Origin: Bigelowiella natans CCMP2755
Taxonomy: Eukaryota; Protista; Cercozoa
Length of the DNA stretch: 64,000 bases
Assembly (NCBI GenBank): GCA_000320545.1
Contig: ADNK01000053.1
Location: 1 to 64,000, forward strand
Reading direction: 5' to 3'
This document shows, in pieces, positions 1-13,719 of the stretch. The translations under genes were made by a program, and so were the position numbers. The first letter of the stretch is position 1; every line of letters starts with the position of its first letter. The notes below the pieces were generated by a model that was given only the letters and a program-made list of their open reading frames with translations, was not told the DNA's origin and searched no databases.

Positions 1-23
1 TGCTACTACGCGCCATATTCTCA

Positions 24-125
24 TTAAACAACTTGTGTCGACGGCCGCAGCATGAAGTCCGGACCTTCACCCAGAGGCTGTGCCTCAACCTGCACGAACG
101 ACGTAATAATAGGACAAATACATAA

Positions 126-156
<31 letters not shown>

Positions 157-2482
157 GTATAAATATATATATGCAACACAGGATCCATTTTCTTCTTCGG
201 TGTCAATATCATCACCATTCTCTTTCCCCCACGCCCCCCACCCCCCACACACCAAATTGAGGAAGATATTGAAGTCCATAGCGGACTGCACCAACCTGTT
301 GATGATAGATTACTGATTTTGACAACAAGATAAAAATAACGACGACACCACGACGATATGATGACGATGGCCATTTGATTCTCGAAAAAATATGCAAGAG
401 TAATCTAATAATATGCTGCAAAGCTTCATGGATAAGCGAGGTAGAATAGGACAGGGGATAACGACTATGCTGCTCCTACCCTGCAAGAAGCTGTAGGCCC
501 CTTAAGCGGTCACCTTTCATGAAAGCTGATGATTGATCACATTGAAAATCATCATCATTATGAGATTGATGAGTGAGAAGTGACGCTTTATGATGGTTTT
601 GTTTCTTTTTTTCCTTGTCCTTCCATTTCTTACATTACTCTCCCCTACCCCCCCCCCCCCCCCTTTCCCTTTCTCTCTTTCTTCCTCCTTCTCTTAATCC
701 TCCCAACAACGAGACTACTACCTTGCGTGGCTTTGAGCTTCACCACTGTTTCCGTCTGCCCATATCGTGCCTCCTATGTGTTTTACGACACGTCGCACAG
801 CCAACATTTGCCACGAAAAATCCTTATTTTTTTCATTCTTTTCAATACACGGTGGTAAAAGTGAAGATAATGCTGTGCGTGAGTAGTCCATCCTAATCAA
901 ATCCCCTCTATCAATTCAACTAATTTAATTCCCGCCCTCCTCCTCCCCCTCCTCCACCACTGATCAATAAATCGATCGACTCAATCGTTGATTTGTAGTT
1001 TTATATCATCAGCACCAGATCTGCCAGCAGCCTTGCAGATGCCTCATCCGACTGTACAAATTAAGAAGAGGGCCAAAAATATTCGGGGCAGGGAAGAAGG
1101 TTAGAGAGAGTGTCGCAAAGGGCTAGGGTAAGGAGGAAGACATATCCTTCGAACATGAACTTACAATCCCGTGAATTCTCGTTTACTTAAATACTTGCCG
1201 GGGTAAATATCATCGATATTCTTGTGTCGTCTCATGCATAATAATCGCAACGATCGCCAGTCGAAAGGTTTATTGCTACTACCTCCTTCGCGCGTCCAAG
1301 AGTAATCTGCGCCATTGTTTCATCAGCAAGCAGCAGGACTTGGAGAGTCATTGTATGGTCGTCAGTAGTAGCCCTTAGGCGGGAACGACATTCCTTCGCT
1401 AACTCCAGCCAGTACTTCTCTGGGGCCTTCAGGAAGGTCTAGGAGGTATGATGACATGTGAGTCCAAATTATGCTTACTGCACGGAAATACTGCTGCATC
1501 ATCAGGACTCGAAAGAGCAAAATCTCAGGCGGAAGACTTTAAGCAGATTCCTCAAGGAGGTGGTTCGAATTCTCCCTTCGCCACAGTTCAGCTGAGTAAG
1601 ACTACTAAATCTACAACCGCCTCCCTTGCCTGCCATTGCAACTCTTACCATCCGCGTCTTGTACAGTGTGAATACTAGTCCAAGCATGTTAATGTAGCCA
1701 TCCTGTCGTTCCTGCGACAAGTCAATTCGTCATTTTCTCCGCTGATGTTACATACCCGTCATAGGAATTACGCATGCACCCCCCCCACCCCCCCCTCCCA
1801 CTCTCTCGCCTCTCTCGAGCAACCACTCGGTCATCCTTCTGCAGCGACCGATATGACTCCTCAGCAAAATCAAAGAATCCTAATGATTAAGAACAGAGTG
1901 AGTAGGGTCTTATCGGCGGGATGGGGATGGTAGGATTTTCATAGTGCAAACTGGCAGTGGTATCATATGTTGGGTTCATCGTGCGTGACTGTGTGTCTTT
2001 GCGCTTGTATTAAGTTAGAATTTCACGGGATGGAAAATGTTCCCGGTGGAGGCCATGGATATGGTCCAAAAGGCTTCTCAAAAGTTTTGGCAGCACAGTG
2101 GCGCTTGCCCCTCCTCCCCCGTCAGAACAACTAGCCGACAGCTGGTAAAAGGAATAAGGTTTCACGGGAAAATTTTGCGTCGACGTGTGAATATAGTAGC
2201 TTTTATATCGCCTTTATCACCCTCTCATCCCCTTCCCTCTCCGAATGACCGCGCCAAGAAATACACGGATGAGCATGCATGCTCTACCTGCTGAATGAGG
2301 TTTGAAAGAGCTGTTGACGTTGCGTTTGTATCATCGCTGTTAAGTGCCCCTGTCGCCAAGAATGGACACTGATTCTCTTCTCCACAAGACAGTGCGGGCA
2401 AAGAGCTTCGCGTTGCGCACACGAAGAATAGCAACAGTAGCAACGCTCGAAGAGACGGGGACGGCCGCATCGTCTCTCCCAT
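24..2482 (-). CDS. Hypothetical secreted protein, multi-exon, with predicted N-terminal signal peptide
   Basis: Exon 1 reads MGETMRPSPSLRALLLLLFFVCATRSSLPALSC (basic n-region, hydrophobic h-region). Downstream GT-AG exons give plausible helical sequence: ERQDGYINMLGLVFTLYKTRM, TFLKAPEKYWLELAKECRSRL, EARYGQTETVVKLKATQ, LVQSAMDFNIFLNL, VEAQPLGEGPDFMLRPSTQVV*. No family recognised, and not every junction was phase-checked. Confidence 0.6.
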
Positions 2483-3033
2483 CGGCCACCGTCCCGAAAG
2501 GAATGCCTGCCCGTTCCGGTGTGTGCTGCCTAGGTAGTTTTCTAACCCATTTCCTCCCTGCGACAACATCTAAACCAACTAAAATATATAAAATCCTAGG
2601 GATAGGAATATAGACTGATTTTATCGCTTAGAATATCCTAGAATATCTTCACAATAAATCGTGCGGGCAAAAGGCTGGCGTTCTGTCACGGTCGTCGTTG
2701 CACATATGTGGAACCAAATATGGTACTTTTCGGGTATAATTTATTCCAATAAAAGTCGGATGAGAAGGCAACTGACGTCAACATACTTCTTGGTTGTCTC
2801 TCCTATAAAATATTGCCGTGATAGAATCAAAATTTTCAAAATAAATATCCTTAAGAAATTATTAACGGCACTAAAAATGTGTGGCTTTTTTATCAAAATA
2901 CATAATCCGTTGCATGTCTTAGCGAAATTCTAAGGATATTTTCGTAACAAATATGTCACAATTTCGAATCGCTGTGTTGACTTATTTTACAATACTCTGT
3001 CTGATAGGAAGACGCCCGTGAGGAGAGAGGACG

Positions 3034-4298
3034 ATGGACTCCCCATCGCGTCGCGCTACCAGCCTCGACACCAAACAGGGTGGAAATTCTCATATCCATT
3101 TCCCCACTTCACCCCTTCTCACCTGTCTATTGAGTATTTATTTCCGACGGGTGCGATTTGTGGTATCTTCCCACATTAGAAAATGAACGGGGGGCGGGAT
3201 GAGTTTTTCCTCGTATCATTCATATTGCCAGCTGCTCACAGTGGTTTTGCGAATCCTTCTTTTGTGTGCACAGTAACAAACGAATTCAAGCTATGGAAGG
3301 AGGATAATCCTGATTCGGCCGTTGCTGTCGCAGCAATAAAGGTTTACGCGACACACATCCACCGTCATCCAAACCATGAGTATGATTAACATTATCGTTG
3401 TTGTTGTTGTTGTCGTAATTTTCTGTAACTTTATCATTGCTGACATGACTACTACGACAGGCTCTGACAAATGTCATCGAACGAAGCAAAGGTATTACTT
3501 GTAACTAAGTTGCGAAAATTACGTAAATGTATGAACGCGTAAGAGGGTGCAGCAGGATTTATTGTTCACAATATAGGATAAATTCTTACATTGTCGTTGC
3601 CGTCGTCGTTGTCGCTGTGATATACCATTAGCACAAACGATGATGGAGCTCCAAATGGACCTGAAATTCGCTGTCGAGCGGCTCAAGGCAACGGTAATTA
3701 TAAGATAAGCTAGCAATTTGCTGCTGATGATGATGATGACCGTCGCTAGTACTACCTTGCTAGCTAGAGGAAAACAATGCCACTCATCGACAACTCCATC
3801 TCTTATTTTAACATCTTTCTTCCGCCGTTCTCTGAAATGCCTGGTAGGACAAATCCTCGATTTCTCTTGCTGCAGGATGCGAGCTGTTCAGCAGGTAGTC
3901 GTGCCAGCTATTGTTGTTACTGCCCACGACTTACGCCTCCTCAATGAAATGTCGTTGCAAACGCTGCTTCCTGATAGAATAGCGCCAATAGCAGCAGCAG
4001 CAGCCGAAACAGCTTCCATGTTTACCTTTTTTGTGAAAAAAGATTAAGAATGTGGATGGTGCAGATACGTCACGCGAACCTCGCTGGACATAACCGACTT
4101 TAGCGCGTGCAGAGCCAGGCTTATCAAGCGAGGAAAGGTTGTTACTCTTTGATGATAATGGTGATGAAGGTGAAGAAGAAGAAGAAGAATCTATGTGCAC
4201 GCTTGACCGTGTTTCATAACAGAGGGATTGATTGCAAGGGGGAAATTAGAGAAACTCTTTGTAGCAAAACAAATCAAATTTACCCGCTCACACGCACA

Positions 4299-4342
<44 letters not shown>

Positions 4343-4867
4343 AGGGAGAGGGAGAGGGAGGTAGAATCATCCCATATGCTGATATCATACAACGACACAT
4401 GCTCTGCTCAATAGGAATTCGCAACAAGCTCGATGGACGCGCGCGGGAGGATAGCTAAGTTCGGCGCTATCTTCATTAAGGATGGCGCTACTATCTTGTA
4501 AGTAACAATGAATATCAACAGAGATCTTTTTATTATATAGCAAACTACTGATTACTGATGGCGGTGATGACGATGACACTCATCATCACTCCATCTTCTT
4601 TCTTTTTCTTCTTCTTCTTCTTTTTCGTCGTCGTCATCATAATCATCATCGTGATATTCGATAACTACAGGGTGCATGGAAAGTCTCGGGTCGTAACTAG
4701 GCTTCTCAGCTTTGCTCATAAGAAAGGTGCTGCTGCTGCTGCTGCTGTTATTTCCAACACGTACTCTTGAGTAATGTGTGGAGAGAGGGAGGGGATGGAC
4801 ACGACGCACTTACATGTTATTGAAATGTTTACATGCAATGCCATCTCTTATGTTTTGATCTTTACCT

Positions 4868-4901
<34 letters not shown>

Positions 4902-5131
4902 TAACGATGTTGTGGTGTGTGTGTGTGCGTGTGTGTGTGTGTGTGTGTGTACGTGTGTGTCTATGTTTGTATCCTGTTTGAATCGCTCACAGGGAAAAGG
5001 TTTTTCGTAATAATATCCGAGGGGCGTTCAGACTACAGCGGATACAAAGTATGTATGTTGGGGGGAGGGAGAAGAACTTAGTGAAGATTATTATGCACGT
5101 CTGCTTGTGTGTGTGCGTGCGTGCGTGTGTA

Positions 5132-5163
<32 letters not shown>

Positions 5164-6073
5164 TTCTACCAATTATTCTCCTTCTCTGGATATGGATGTG
5201 AGGATGATGATGATGGTGGTGGTGGTGGTGGTGATGACGGTAACGACGATGTTATGACAGACTGCGGAGGAGCTCAAGAGATTAGGGATAAAGTGTACGT
5301 TAATTCTCGACTCTGCAGTAGCAACGACGATGGAGAAGGTGGGTGGGGTCACATTAATAACGAAGGAAAATGCAGTAGTTGTAGTAGTAGTAGTAGTAGT
5401 AGTAGTAGTCGTCGTCATCATTTTATAAAGATAGTTGGCAGGGGGCAACTTCGGCACCGTATGCACATATATACATATTCAATAAATACACTGTTCACAC
5501 AACAAACGCTGGAAATATGATGTCGAGATATTCTCTCGAGAAGGCTAGAAGTTGTCACCGAAGACAGGGATGATTGACAGCTCTGTGATGATGTTGACCT
5601 GATATGATGACGATATTGGTGTTAGGCTGATCTTGTTCTTGTTGGGGCCGAGGGCGTGGTAGAAAGTGGAGGCATCATAAACGAGTAGGCTTGCTATTTA
5701 TACTTACTTCATCACGCAGCGACAAGCAAAACACACACGCATACACACACACACACACACACACACAGACACACCCGCGCGCTCAGACCGACGGCTTTCG
5801 TTCAATCGTGTTTGGAAGTTCTTCATCGAATGGTTTCCTCGTTTGTTTTCCTCATTATTCTTTGACATCGTCTTCTCCTCCTCCTCCTCCTCCTCCTCCT
5901 CCTTAGAGTTGGTACATATCAAATCGCAATGGTGGCATCGTTGCTGCGAAAACCCTTCTACGTGTCGGCTGAGAGCTACAAGTTCTCGAGGATATTTCCG
6001 CTCTCGCAGAAGGACATTCCGGTTGTAGTAGTGCTAAGTAGCAGTGATGATAGCCTCTCTCTCTGTGTGCGTA

Positions 6074-6110
<37 letters not shown>

Positions 6111-6905
6111 AGGCAGAGACATGAAGACTGGTGAGAGAGGGAATCAGCACGTATATATATAGAGCAATTGTATTATTCCAAGAACGTACTGGATTTGAGA
6201 GATACGGGAAATAAACGAATAATAGATGCTTTTCTCGCTTAATATCGGAGTTGATTTGTCGGTTTTCTTGCTTGCTGCTGCTGCTGCTGTTACGATCTTT
6301 TTCCTCCTTCAATAGGATCGGGTTCAGAATGCGGTGCCACCGGCAGCCATGGTCCTTCGTTGTGCAACATCGTCGCACATCATCGTCGTACACCACACGA
6401 CAACATCCGCCATTAGCATCCAGCAGATGATGAGGGGAGGAGGGGATGTGTTTGTAGATCGATTGTTTGTCGCCACATCAATAGCAGTGCGTAGTACGTG
6501 CGGCACGTCGACCAAACGGGGCAAGCACACACTCGCATTATGTTTATATGGTTGACTGATCGAGTATTTTAACACTTTTCAAATTGATCTATCTCAGAAT
6601 AAATCGCCACCGAAGGGAGTGCCTTTTTTAAATCCCTCCTCGGACTACACCCCACCGAAGTAAGCACAATCAATACACATTCAGTGCGACAATAAAACAG
6701 TTTCAATGCTGCTGCTGCTGCTGTGTGAGGCCTAAAAATGCTATCAAATAATTCCGTCCGAATGAGTTCCAAATATGCTTCTGATTTTTTAAGTAAATGC
6801 TTGATTGCTACGTACAAACGCAGGTATATCACACTCCTTTTCACGGATCTTGGCATTCTGACTCCATCCGCTGTGTCTGATGAGCTCATTAAACTATACT
6901 ATTAA
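3034..6905 (+). CDS. EIF2B1: Translation initiation factor eIF-2B subunit alpha (multi-exon)
   Basis: Spliced exons give [89 protein letters not shown] and [32 protein letters not shown]. These match known eIF2B-alpha/GCN3 motifs, and all junctions are in phase. Confidence 0.97.
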
Positions 6906-7120
6906 TGACGAGTGCGTGATGAGCAGGACCACAAACATGTGAATGACAAAACCGCAGATACAACATTCCTAGATTAGGTATAATGTCTGTTGAAGCACAT
7001 ATACACATGCTAGCATGTAATGATATCATTTCATTACATTCGTCTCATATTTGCGTACACCTAACATGCCATGTCTACACACGGGCTTGCGCGCGTGTCT
7101 AACGCACGCAGCAATCGCCA

Positions 7121-7236
7121 TAACAAATCAACACAATCTAGCAATGCTAGCGCTGTAGCCGCCGCATTGCATAGCTACATTAATTAGGATGACTGTTGAA
7201 AAAAAATGTGATCTTTCTTTTGTGACATCCGTATCT
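7121..7236 (+). repeat. Dispersed repeat, degenerate copy D
   Basis: Exact 16-mer tagcgctgtagccgcc at 7148-7163, followed by aggatgac..ttgaa and acatccgt in the same order as in copies A and B. Confidence 0.7.
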
Positions 7237-7442
7237 CACACATCACATGCTAGCTATACAGCAGATCTCATCGTGATGTTGGTTCCGATTGTTGTATCAT
7301 CGTGTTACTGATGCAATACATATTATATCATTGCACTCTTCGTAGCACTGTTGCTGCGGCACAACGTGCATCGCATAAGTGCACACGTCTAGGCACGGAG
7401 AGAGACGGAGAGAGCAAGCGCCAGCAAGCGGCATATCGACTA

Positions 7443-8051
7443 TCACGACAACGCATTGTCCCCATCCGTGTATGTGAAGTTGGGGAAAGCTTCCGCTGCT
7501 GCAGACGTTGCAAGATTACTGCCCTCCATTGGTGTTTCGGAGGGCATCTCGTTGAGAAACTCCTGATCCACGTTAATCGCATCCATCTTGCCCTCCTTGC
7601 CCCTAGGCACAAAAAGAGGGTTAATTTCTTTCTGGCTCGCCTTCTTCCAGTTAACGTCTGAGAAGTAGGGGCTTTTCTTCACGCCCCTCGCTCCGTACTT
7701 GGCTGGTGTGGGGGGGTGGGGGGGGAGGCGGTGAGATGATGGCGATACTTCCCAAAATAAACACACCATGATCGTACACTGACAATATATCATCATCATC
7801 ATAATCATCCTCACAAATAAATACACACATCCCACACTTAAAATAAACGTGCCGCGCGTGCAAATCTGGCTGTTAAAGCGGTGGAAACGGTGAGCAGCAG
7901 GCAAGCAAGTATGATTGATGATGGCTGCGACAAGATGATAAACACATACTTCCGAGCCTAGTCTTAGGATTTCGATCCAATATCTGAGCGAAGGACCAGA
8001 CGTAAAATGAAAGGGGGTAGGTAACGCGGATATTTGCATAATCCAGATTTA

Positions 8052-8132
<81 letters not shown>

Positions 8133-8925
8133 GCGGATGAATAGTGAAGAAAGCTTCCTCACAACACAACACTGTGGGCACTAAGACGAAAGTCCTTTAA
8201 TCATGTTGACTAAAGTAGTATTTTTGGTGTATTCATCATGATAAACCCCTATCATCATCATCATCATCATCGTCGTCGTCATCGTTGTTATCATCACTCA
8301 GGATTAGGAGGAGCACACACAATGACCAGACATGTAAATAAGAAAACTCGCTGCGAAATGCTACCCTCCCCCCCCCCCTCCCCTTCTTCCTCCTCCGCAC
8401 AACAAACAAGCCAAGCAACCAACCTTTGTGAAGAAGTCCTTGCCTTCTAATGGCATTCCACGTGGAAATCTTAGGGGTGCACTCAAGATTCGTTCGTACA
8501 TCGCCTTGACATTCTTGTGGTAGAAGGGCGGCTGTGGGATGATGAAAAGTGGCAAAAAATCGCAAATGAATGATGATGATGATGATGATGGATTTTGATG
8601 CCCACTGGGTGGTGTAAGAGAGAGAGAGAGAGGGAGAGAGAGCGCGCGCGTTTTGGTCGCCGGCTTCGTTATAACGGGGAGGAAAGTGCGATTGGGAGCA
8701 CAAAGCGAGGGGGGAGAGAGATGTATATATGTATATTCATTTGCTCTTTTTCTTCTTCTTCTTCTTCTTCTTCTTCTTCTTGATGAGGAAGATACCAGCC
8801 CACAAGTCATTTCATAGACTACTGTTCCGAAACTCCACCAATCAACAGCCTTGGTGTAGCTCTTACCTACGATCACCTCGGGAGCTGTGGATAATACAAA
8901 CACACACACGCACGCAACTCACAAC

Positions 8926-8978
<53 letters not shown>

Positions 8979-10439
8979 GAATCTGTTGCATATTCGAAGA
9001 TGATAAGCTCAGTTCAAATCACCATAGTTGATTTTGTTAGCATCCATCGTCATCACCATCACCATCATCATCATCACCATCATCATTATCATCTTCATCA
9101 TCATTCGACAACGAGACTGCAGCACTCCTCCTCCTCCTCCTCCTCCTCCTCCTCCATCTCGTAAGACGTGTTCTTGTTCTTACCAAGATACTCCGGTGTT
9201 CCGCAGAAGGTCTTTGTCGATTGGTTGCCTATCATGCAATCCTTGGACAATCCGAAATCAGTCAACCGTATATGCCCCTCATCGTCCAATAGAATGTTCT
9301 CTGCGACGAATCGACGACGAACAGGGAAAAGGGGGGAAGGGAGAGCGGAATAGATGCCGGGTTAATGAAGCACGGGTGTCACGTATCAGTACGTACAAGG
9401 GCAAAGAGCAGAAGGATAGAACACACGCTCACGATTGACTCCTCTCTGCTCGCACTGAAGAAGTATTGTAATTCTACAATCTACAAAGTTTCCTCATATT
9501 GCGTTGTCAGCAGCAGCTACATATCCAACCGCTGATGTAGTAATATACTAGCCGCATCTTGCTGAGTACCACCACCATCTCATCACATCTCATCTATCAC
9601 CCCATCACCTGGTTTCAGATCTCGGTAAATAATATCGTTATTGTGCAGGCATTCCAGTGCGAGGCAGATCTCGACGGCGTAAAATCTTGCTCGCTGATAT
9701 CCGAACCTGCCCCCCGTTTTTAAATGGTAGAAGAGCTCCCCTGAGAGGAAAAACGAGTACGGTTAAATGGTCATGGTGATACAGAAGCGGATAGTGAATT
9801 GATGATGCAATAGGGGAGCGGTGGGATAAAGCGATAGTGAGCACATGCAATGTGGATAAGAAGATAAAAATGCAAAAAAAAACCTATTCTTTTGTGTTAA
9901 AGGGCTGTATTAATTAATGCTACCTCCGGTGAAGTAATCGAGCACCATGTAGAGTCTGTCCCTATCTTGGAACGCAAATCGCAGGTTCACAATGAAGGGG
10001 CTTTCGATCTGCTGCAGGACTTTGCGCTCTGTCTGTGTGTGTGCAATTTGCTTGCGACGGAGGAGATGCTGCTTCTTAAGGCTTTTCAGCGCGTAGATCT
10101 CCCCCGATGCTATGTGCTTCACTTGATATACCTATGTGACACGTAAGAGGATGGGTGTGTGCTTATATATGTGTTAAAAGCGTGTGCGTGAGTGTGTGTG
10201 TGCGCGCGCGCGCGCGCGTACGCATAATTTACAGCGTGCAAAGCAAATCCCGGGTGCGGCAGCAGCATACTCCACAACCACCACCACCTTCACCATTTGT
10301 GATTGACAGAAGATTTCTCCTGGTCTCCTACGACTACTACCTTTCCAAAGCTCCCTTTTCCGACAACCTTCATAAGTTCAAAGTCTTTAATCGTCATCTT
10401 CTCGTTCAGAACATCCCTGGCGGGCTCGTAGCCCATCAT
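7443..10439 (-). CDS. AGC-family Ser/Thr protein kinase (Akt/SGK/S6K/Ypk-like), multi-exon
   Basis: Motifs [56 protein letters not shown] and AVDWWSFG are present, plus an AGC C-tail with turn motif ETP and hydrophobic motif FPNFTY. The start codon is uncertain because the frame stays open ~175 nt upstream of the ATG at 10439. Confidence 0.95.
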
Positions 10440-10522
10440 GTAAGAGTTGGATTTCTCCCACTCTTCCTCGCCCTCGCGCGGCTTTGGGGAGGTTGGGCCC
10501 GAGGAGCTTAGAAATTCCGCGG

Positions 10523-10608
10523 ATGTCAGACCAGGAGTTTTCTGTGCAAGAACGAAGCTGTATGTCAGACCAGGGTTTTTCTGTGCAAGGACGAAGCTGT
10601 ATCTCAGG
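10523..10608. repeat. 39-bp direct tandem repeat, 2 units plus a partial third
   Basis: 10523-10561 atgtcagaccaggagttttctgtgcaagaacgaagctgt and 10562-10600 atgtcagaccagggtttttctgtgcaaggacgaagctgt are 36/39 identical, followed by atctcagg. Confidence 0.9.
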
Positions 10609-11945
10609 AGAAATCACTACGGAAATCTTTCCGGGAAATGTATCATGCAGCAAACCTTTTGATCCCCGGGAGCAGCACTCCCGGCGCCCCCCTTTTTTCC
10701 TTGCTTGTTTCCCTGAATACGGGAGAAATAAGGTCTCAGAAACAGATCTCCACAACCCCAGAGTCACGGAAAATTTTTTGATCTGTCGGGCACTGGAGGC
10801 GACTCTTGGAGGAAATAGCAGCCCCCAACCTTTCTAAAGGAAATCACCGGCGGAAGTGCAGACCCCATGCGCAAATGTCAAAAAAACAATTTCTGTCGGC
10901 GAATATGCCCTAGTGTACCCACCATGTGCAATAAATGTGAAGGGTGATGATGAAGAGTGGGTTGGAGGGCAGTGCTGATTTTCAGGCACAAATGCGCAAC
11001 AATCTGACGATCGCATGAATAAAGTAGAGGCTATTTTTAGAACAATTATTCTGCATTTCTTCTCTCTTCATCAAAGCGGAACTGAAGTTTTTGCGCGCTC
11101 AACCCAGCATAAAATCACCAATATTACCTACAAGATGAATCTACGACAATCATTTTCGACCTTTTTTTGTGCGTGGAAATCTGATAATGGTAACGAAGAG
11201 GCGCTCAATTGACCAACTGTTTTTGGTGAAATCACCAAGAAAAATTATTCCTAAAATAACTCCTATAACCTGACTATTCATTGTCTCTGCACGAGTACGC
11301 CGACACGAGAAAGTAAGGTAATTGGCCAAAATTGATGTCGGATGTCCATATCTCCTTGTATTTTAAGAAACAAATATATGTCAGAGGATTCATGTCGTTT
11401 TGCATTATTATCCTGTATTTTAAGTACTTAACGAAGTCCCCGGGCAGTATCGTCGACGTCGTAGGGCTCGCTACTAATACTCAATGAGTCTCCGAATGGC
11501 GTCTCTGCGTGTATACTTCTTCAGCTCGTGAGGTCTGTATATGCTTCTGCATCAGGAATGCTTGCAAAAGATAGAGGACTAAATTACGATTATAGGATAC
11601 TAGCGTCGAGACACCATTCCTTCTTTCCAGGGCGCATCATATTTTGCATGAAAGACACAACACTCATTTTTGAAGGATGTGGGAACCCAATCTCAATTCG
11701 TCTTGCGATGATGAGATTGGGATTGGATACCTCCAGGAATCTACTAGAAAAATTAAAATGCGAGGATAGTGTATAAAGGCCGAAGGGTTGCGCACAAATT
11801 GCTACTTTTTTCAAAGAATGATGGCTACGTCAATACCTCCCTTCTTGCTAATTTGTCTTTTTCTTGTTTTTTAGAGCTACAGTGAAGGGACCTAGGTGCG
11901 AACTACTACGATTGAGACGATAGGGGGGGGGAGGATATTGGTCGG

Positions 11946-13289
11946 ATGTTGGGAGAAGAGGCGAGACAAAACGCGCGCAAGTGCATATCGAGGGCGCAGG
12001 CCTACCTCCGTGACGGAGATTTGGCATCTGCACGGCGCATGGCTGAGAAATCGAAGCGTTTCCATCCATTGGCCGAAGTGGAACCTTTGCTAGCTGTTAT
12101 TGCGCGGAAAGAAAAGGTTGATGAGTTACCTTTTTTCCTCCAGATCTCCCCTCGCCTTGACCCGAGATGACTTTGATTCGAAATTGAATAATTCCTGATG
12201 CCGTTCTCGATTCCTCCCCTTTTCCTACACCACATTCTTCAGGGCAACAGCTCCTCCCGTCCCTCGAGTCGTGCATCGCCATCCCCGTCGCAACCGAGGC
12301 CTAGAACAGAAAGGAAAAGGGCGCCTGAGGGCGATCAGGTGTGGGCTTTTCAGTGATAGTAGAATCGTGTCTACCCTGCTACTGCTATTGTTTTCTCTAA
12401 GCGCATTATCATTTCCCCAATTTGATGTTTTTTCATACATCATTCATGCGACACTGATATCTCCCCCCCCACCCCCTCCCCAGCGGAAATACACGCCGCA
12501 GCAGGAAAAGGTTGTACGTACGGTTCGCTCGACAAAGGACTACTATAAGCTACTGCGCATTGAGCGTACGGCTTCATCAGAGACCATCACCAAAGCGTTT
12601 CGGAAGGTAGATAGAGCGTGCAAAAAAAGGGAAGAATCTCCCAATAATCTAGGCGGATCTGCAAACATATAAGCAACTAACAGGCTGTGATCTGAAGGAC
12701 CCTCCTGCTCCTCATCACAAGTGTTTCGATGATCATATTTAGCTCGCTGTGCAATGCCATCCGGACAAGAACCCCCATCCTGGTGCTGAAGATGCCTTCA
12801 AAAAGGTGGAATCGTGATAATATAAGAAAGGGGGAGGGATGGTTGAATGGCCTTGTGCTTCACAGGGTTGCGACATGTCTTCAAACGCATTTTCAGCTTC
12901 CTAAAGCATATAACCCCTCCCCCCCCTCCCCCCCTCACCATTTAGTTGAACACCATTAAGGGTGTACTCACAGACTCGCAAAAACGGCGGACGTACGATA
13001 GATTTGGAGAGCAAGGAGTGGTAGGAAGTGCAGATCGTGTACTCTTGACAACGTGGAGGGAGAGAGAGAGAGAGGCATGATGAAGTGCATACTCCTTTCA
13101 TTACATTATATGCTTGTGTGCTGCTGCTTTTGTTCTTCTTGTTGCTGCTGCTTCTTGGCAGAATATGGAGATGGGGGGCGGGGGGCGGGAGACCGGGTCG
13201 CGTACGGGGGGGTTCACGGAAGAGGACTTATTCCACATGTTCTTCGAGGGCCGCATGCCACGGCGTAGTGGTAGTGATGAATGGCTGTG

Positions 13290-13322
<33 letters not shown>

Positions 13323-13469
13323 ATAGTTGGGAGATGATGATTGTATCACATGAAGGAGGAGGAGAAGGATGCTGTAGATGATGAAGAAGATGATGATGAT
13401 ATGGTTGGAAGTGTGGATCGTCCGGAAGTTGTAGTACAATGAGACGACATATTTAATTTGTATTTAAAG

Positions 13470-13503
<34 letters not shown>

Positions 13504-13682
13504 GTGTAGATTACAGTCAAACAGTGAGAGAGAAAATCTCATTTTGTTGTCGATGTTGGTTTGCAGGACGGCGGGCATATCATCAGCGACACGGAAGGCG
13601 TGGTGGAAATGGCGATGCGAATATCCGCGTCCAACCGCAAGTAGTATTTCTAGTGGTGGTGGGGAGTGATGGTGGTGATGAC

Positions 13683-13719
<37 letters not shown>

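Noticed and set aside
2773-2780. TGACGTCA (CRE-like) palindrome in the divergent promoter upstream of eIF2B-alpha
   Set aside because: A single 8-mer is expected about once per 64 kb by chance, another copy lies in MetRS coding sequence (~45073), and I did not see it in the other promoters.
3688-3700. Apparent GC donor in eIF2B-alpha (ctcaag|gcaacg)
   Set aside because: A canonical in-phase GT donor lies 6 nt downstream (GCA ACG|gtaatt) and gives LKATDKSSISL.
4870-4899. Dinucleotide arrays cluster at ~28-40 nt, suggesting a length ceiling
   Set aside because: From sequence alone this cannot be distinguished from assembly or polishing collapse of repeats. It needs raw long reads.
10523-10608. 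39-bp repeats as a CRISPR array
   Set aside because: The units are adjacent with no spacers, there are only ~2 copies, the context is eukaryotic and there are no cas genes.
10943-11010. Possible box C/D snoRNA (ATGATGA ... CTGA ... CTGA)
   Set aside because: There is no terminal stem and no antisense guide I could match to rRNA. TGATGA is extremely common in this genome.
11280-11945. Possible extra small gene in the long kinase-DnaJ divergent interval (ORF 11528-11776, strong acceptor at ~11874)
   Set aside because: All three frames after the acceptor stop before the DnaJ ATG and the ORF has no recognisable motif. A 5'-UTR intron is the simpler reading.
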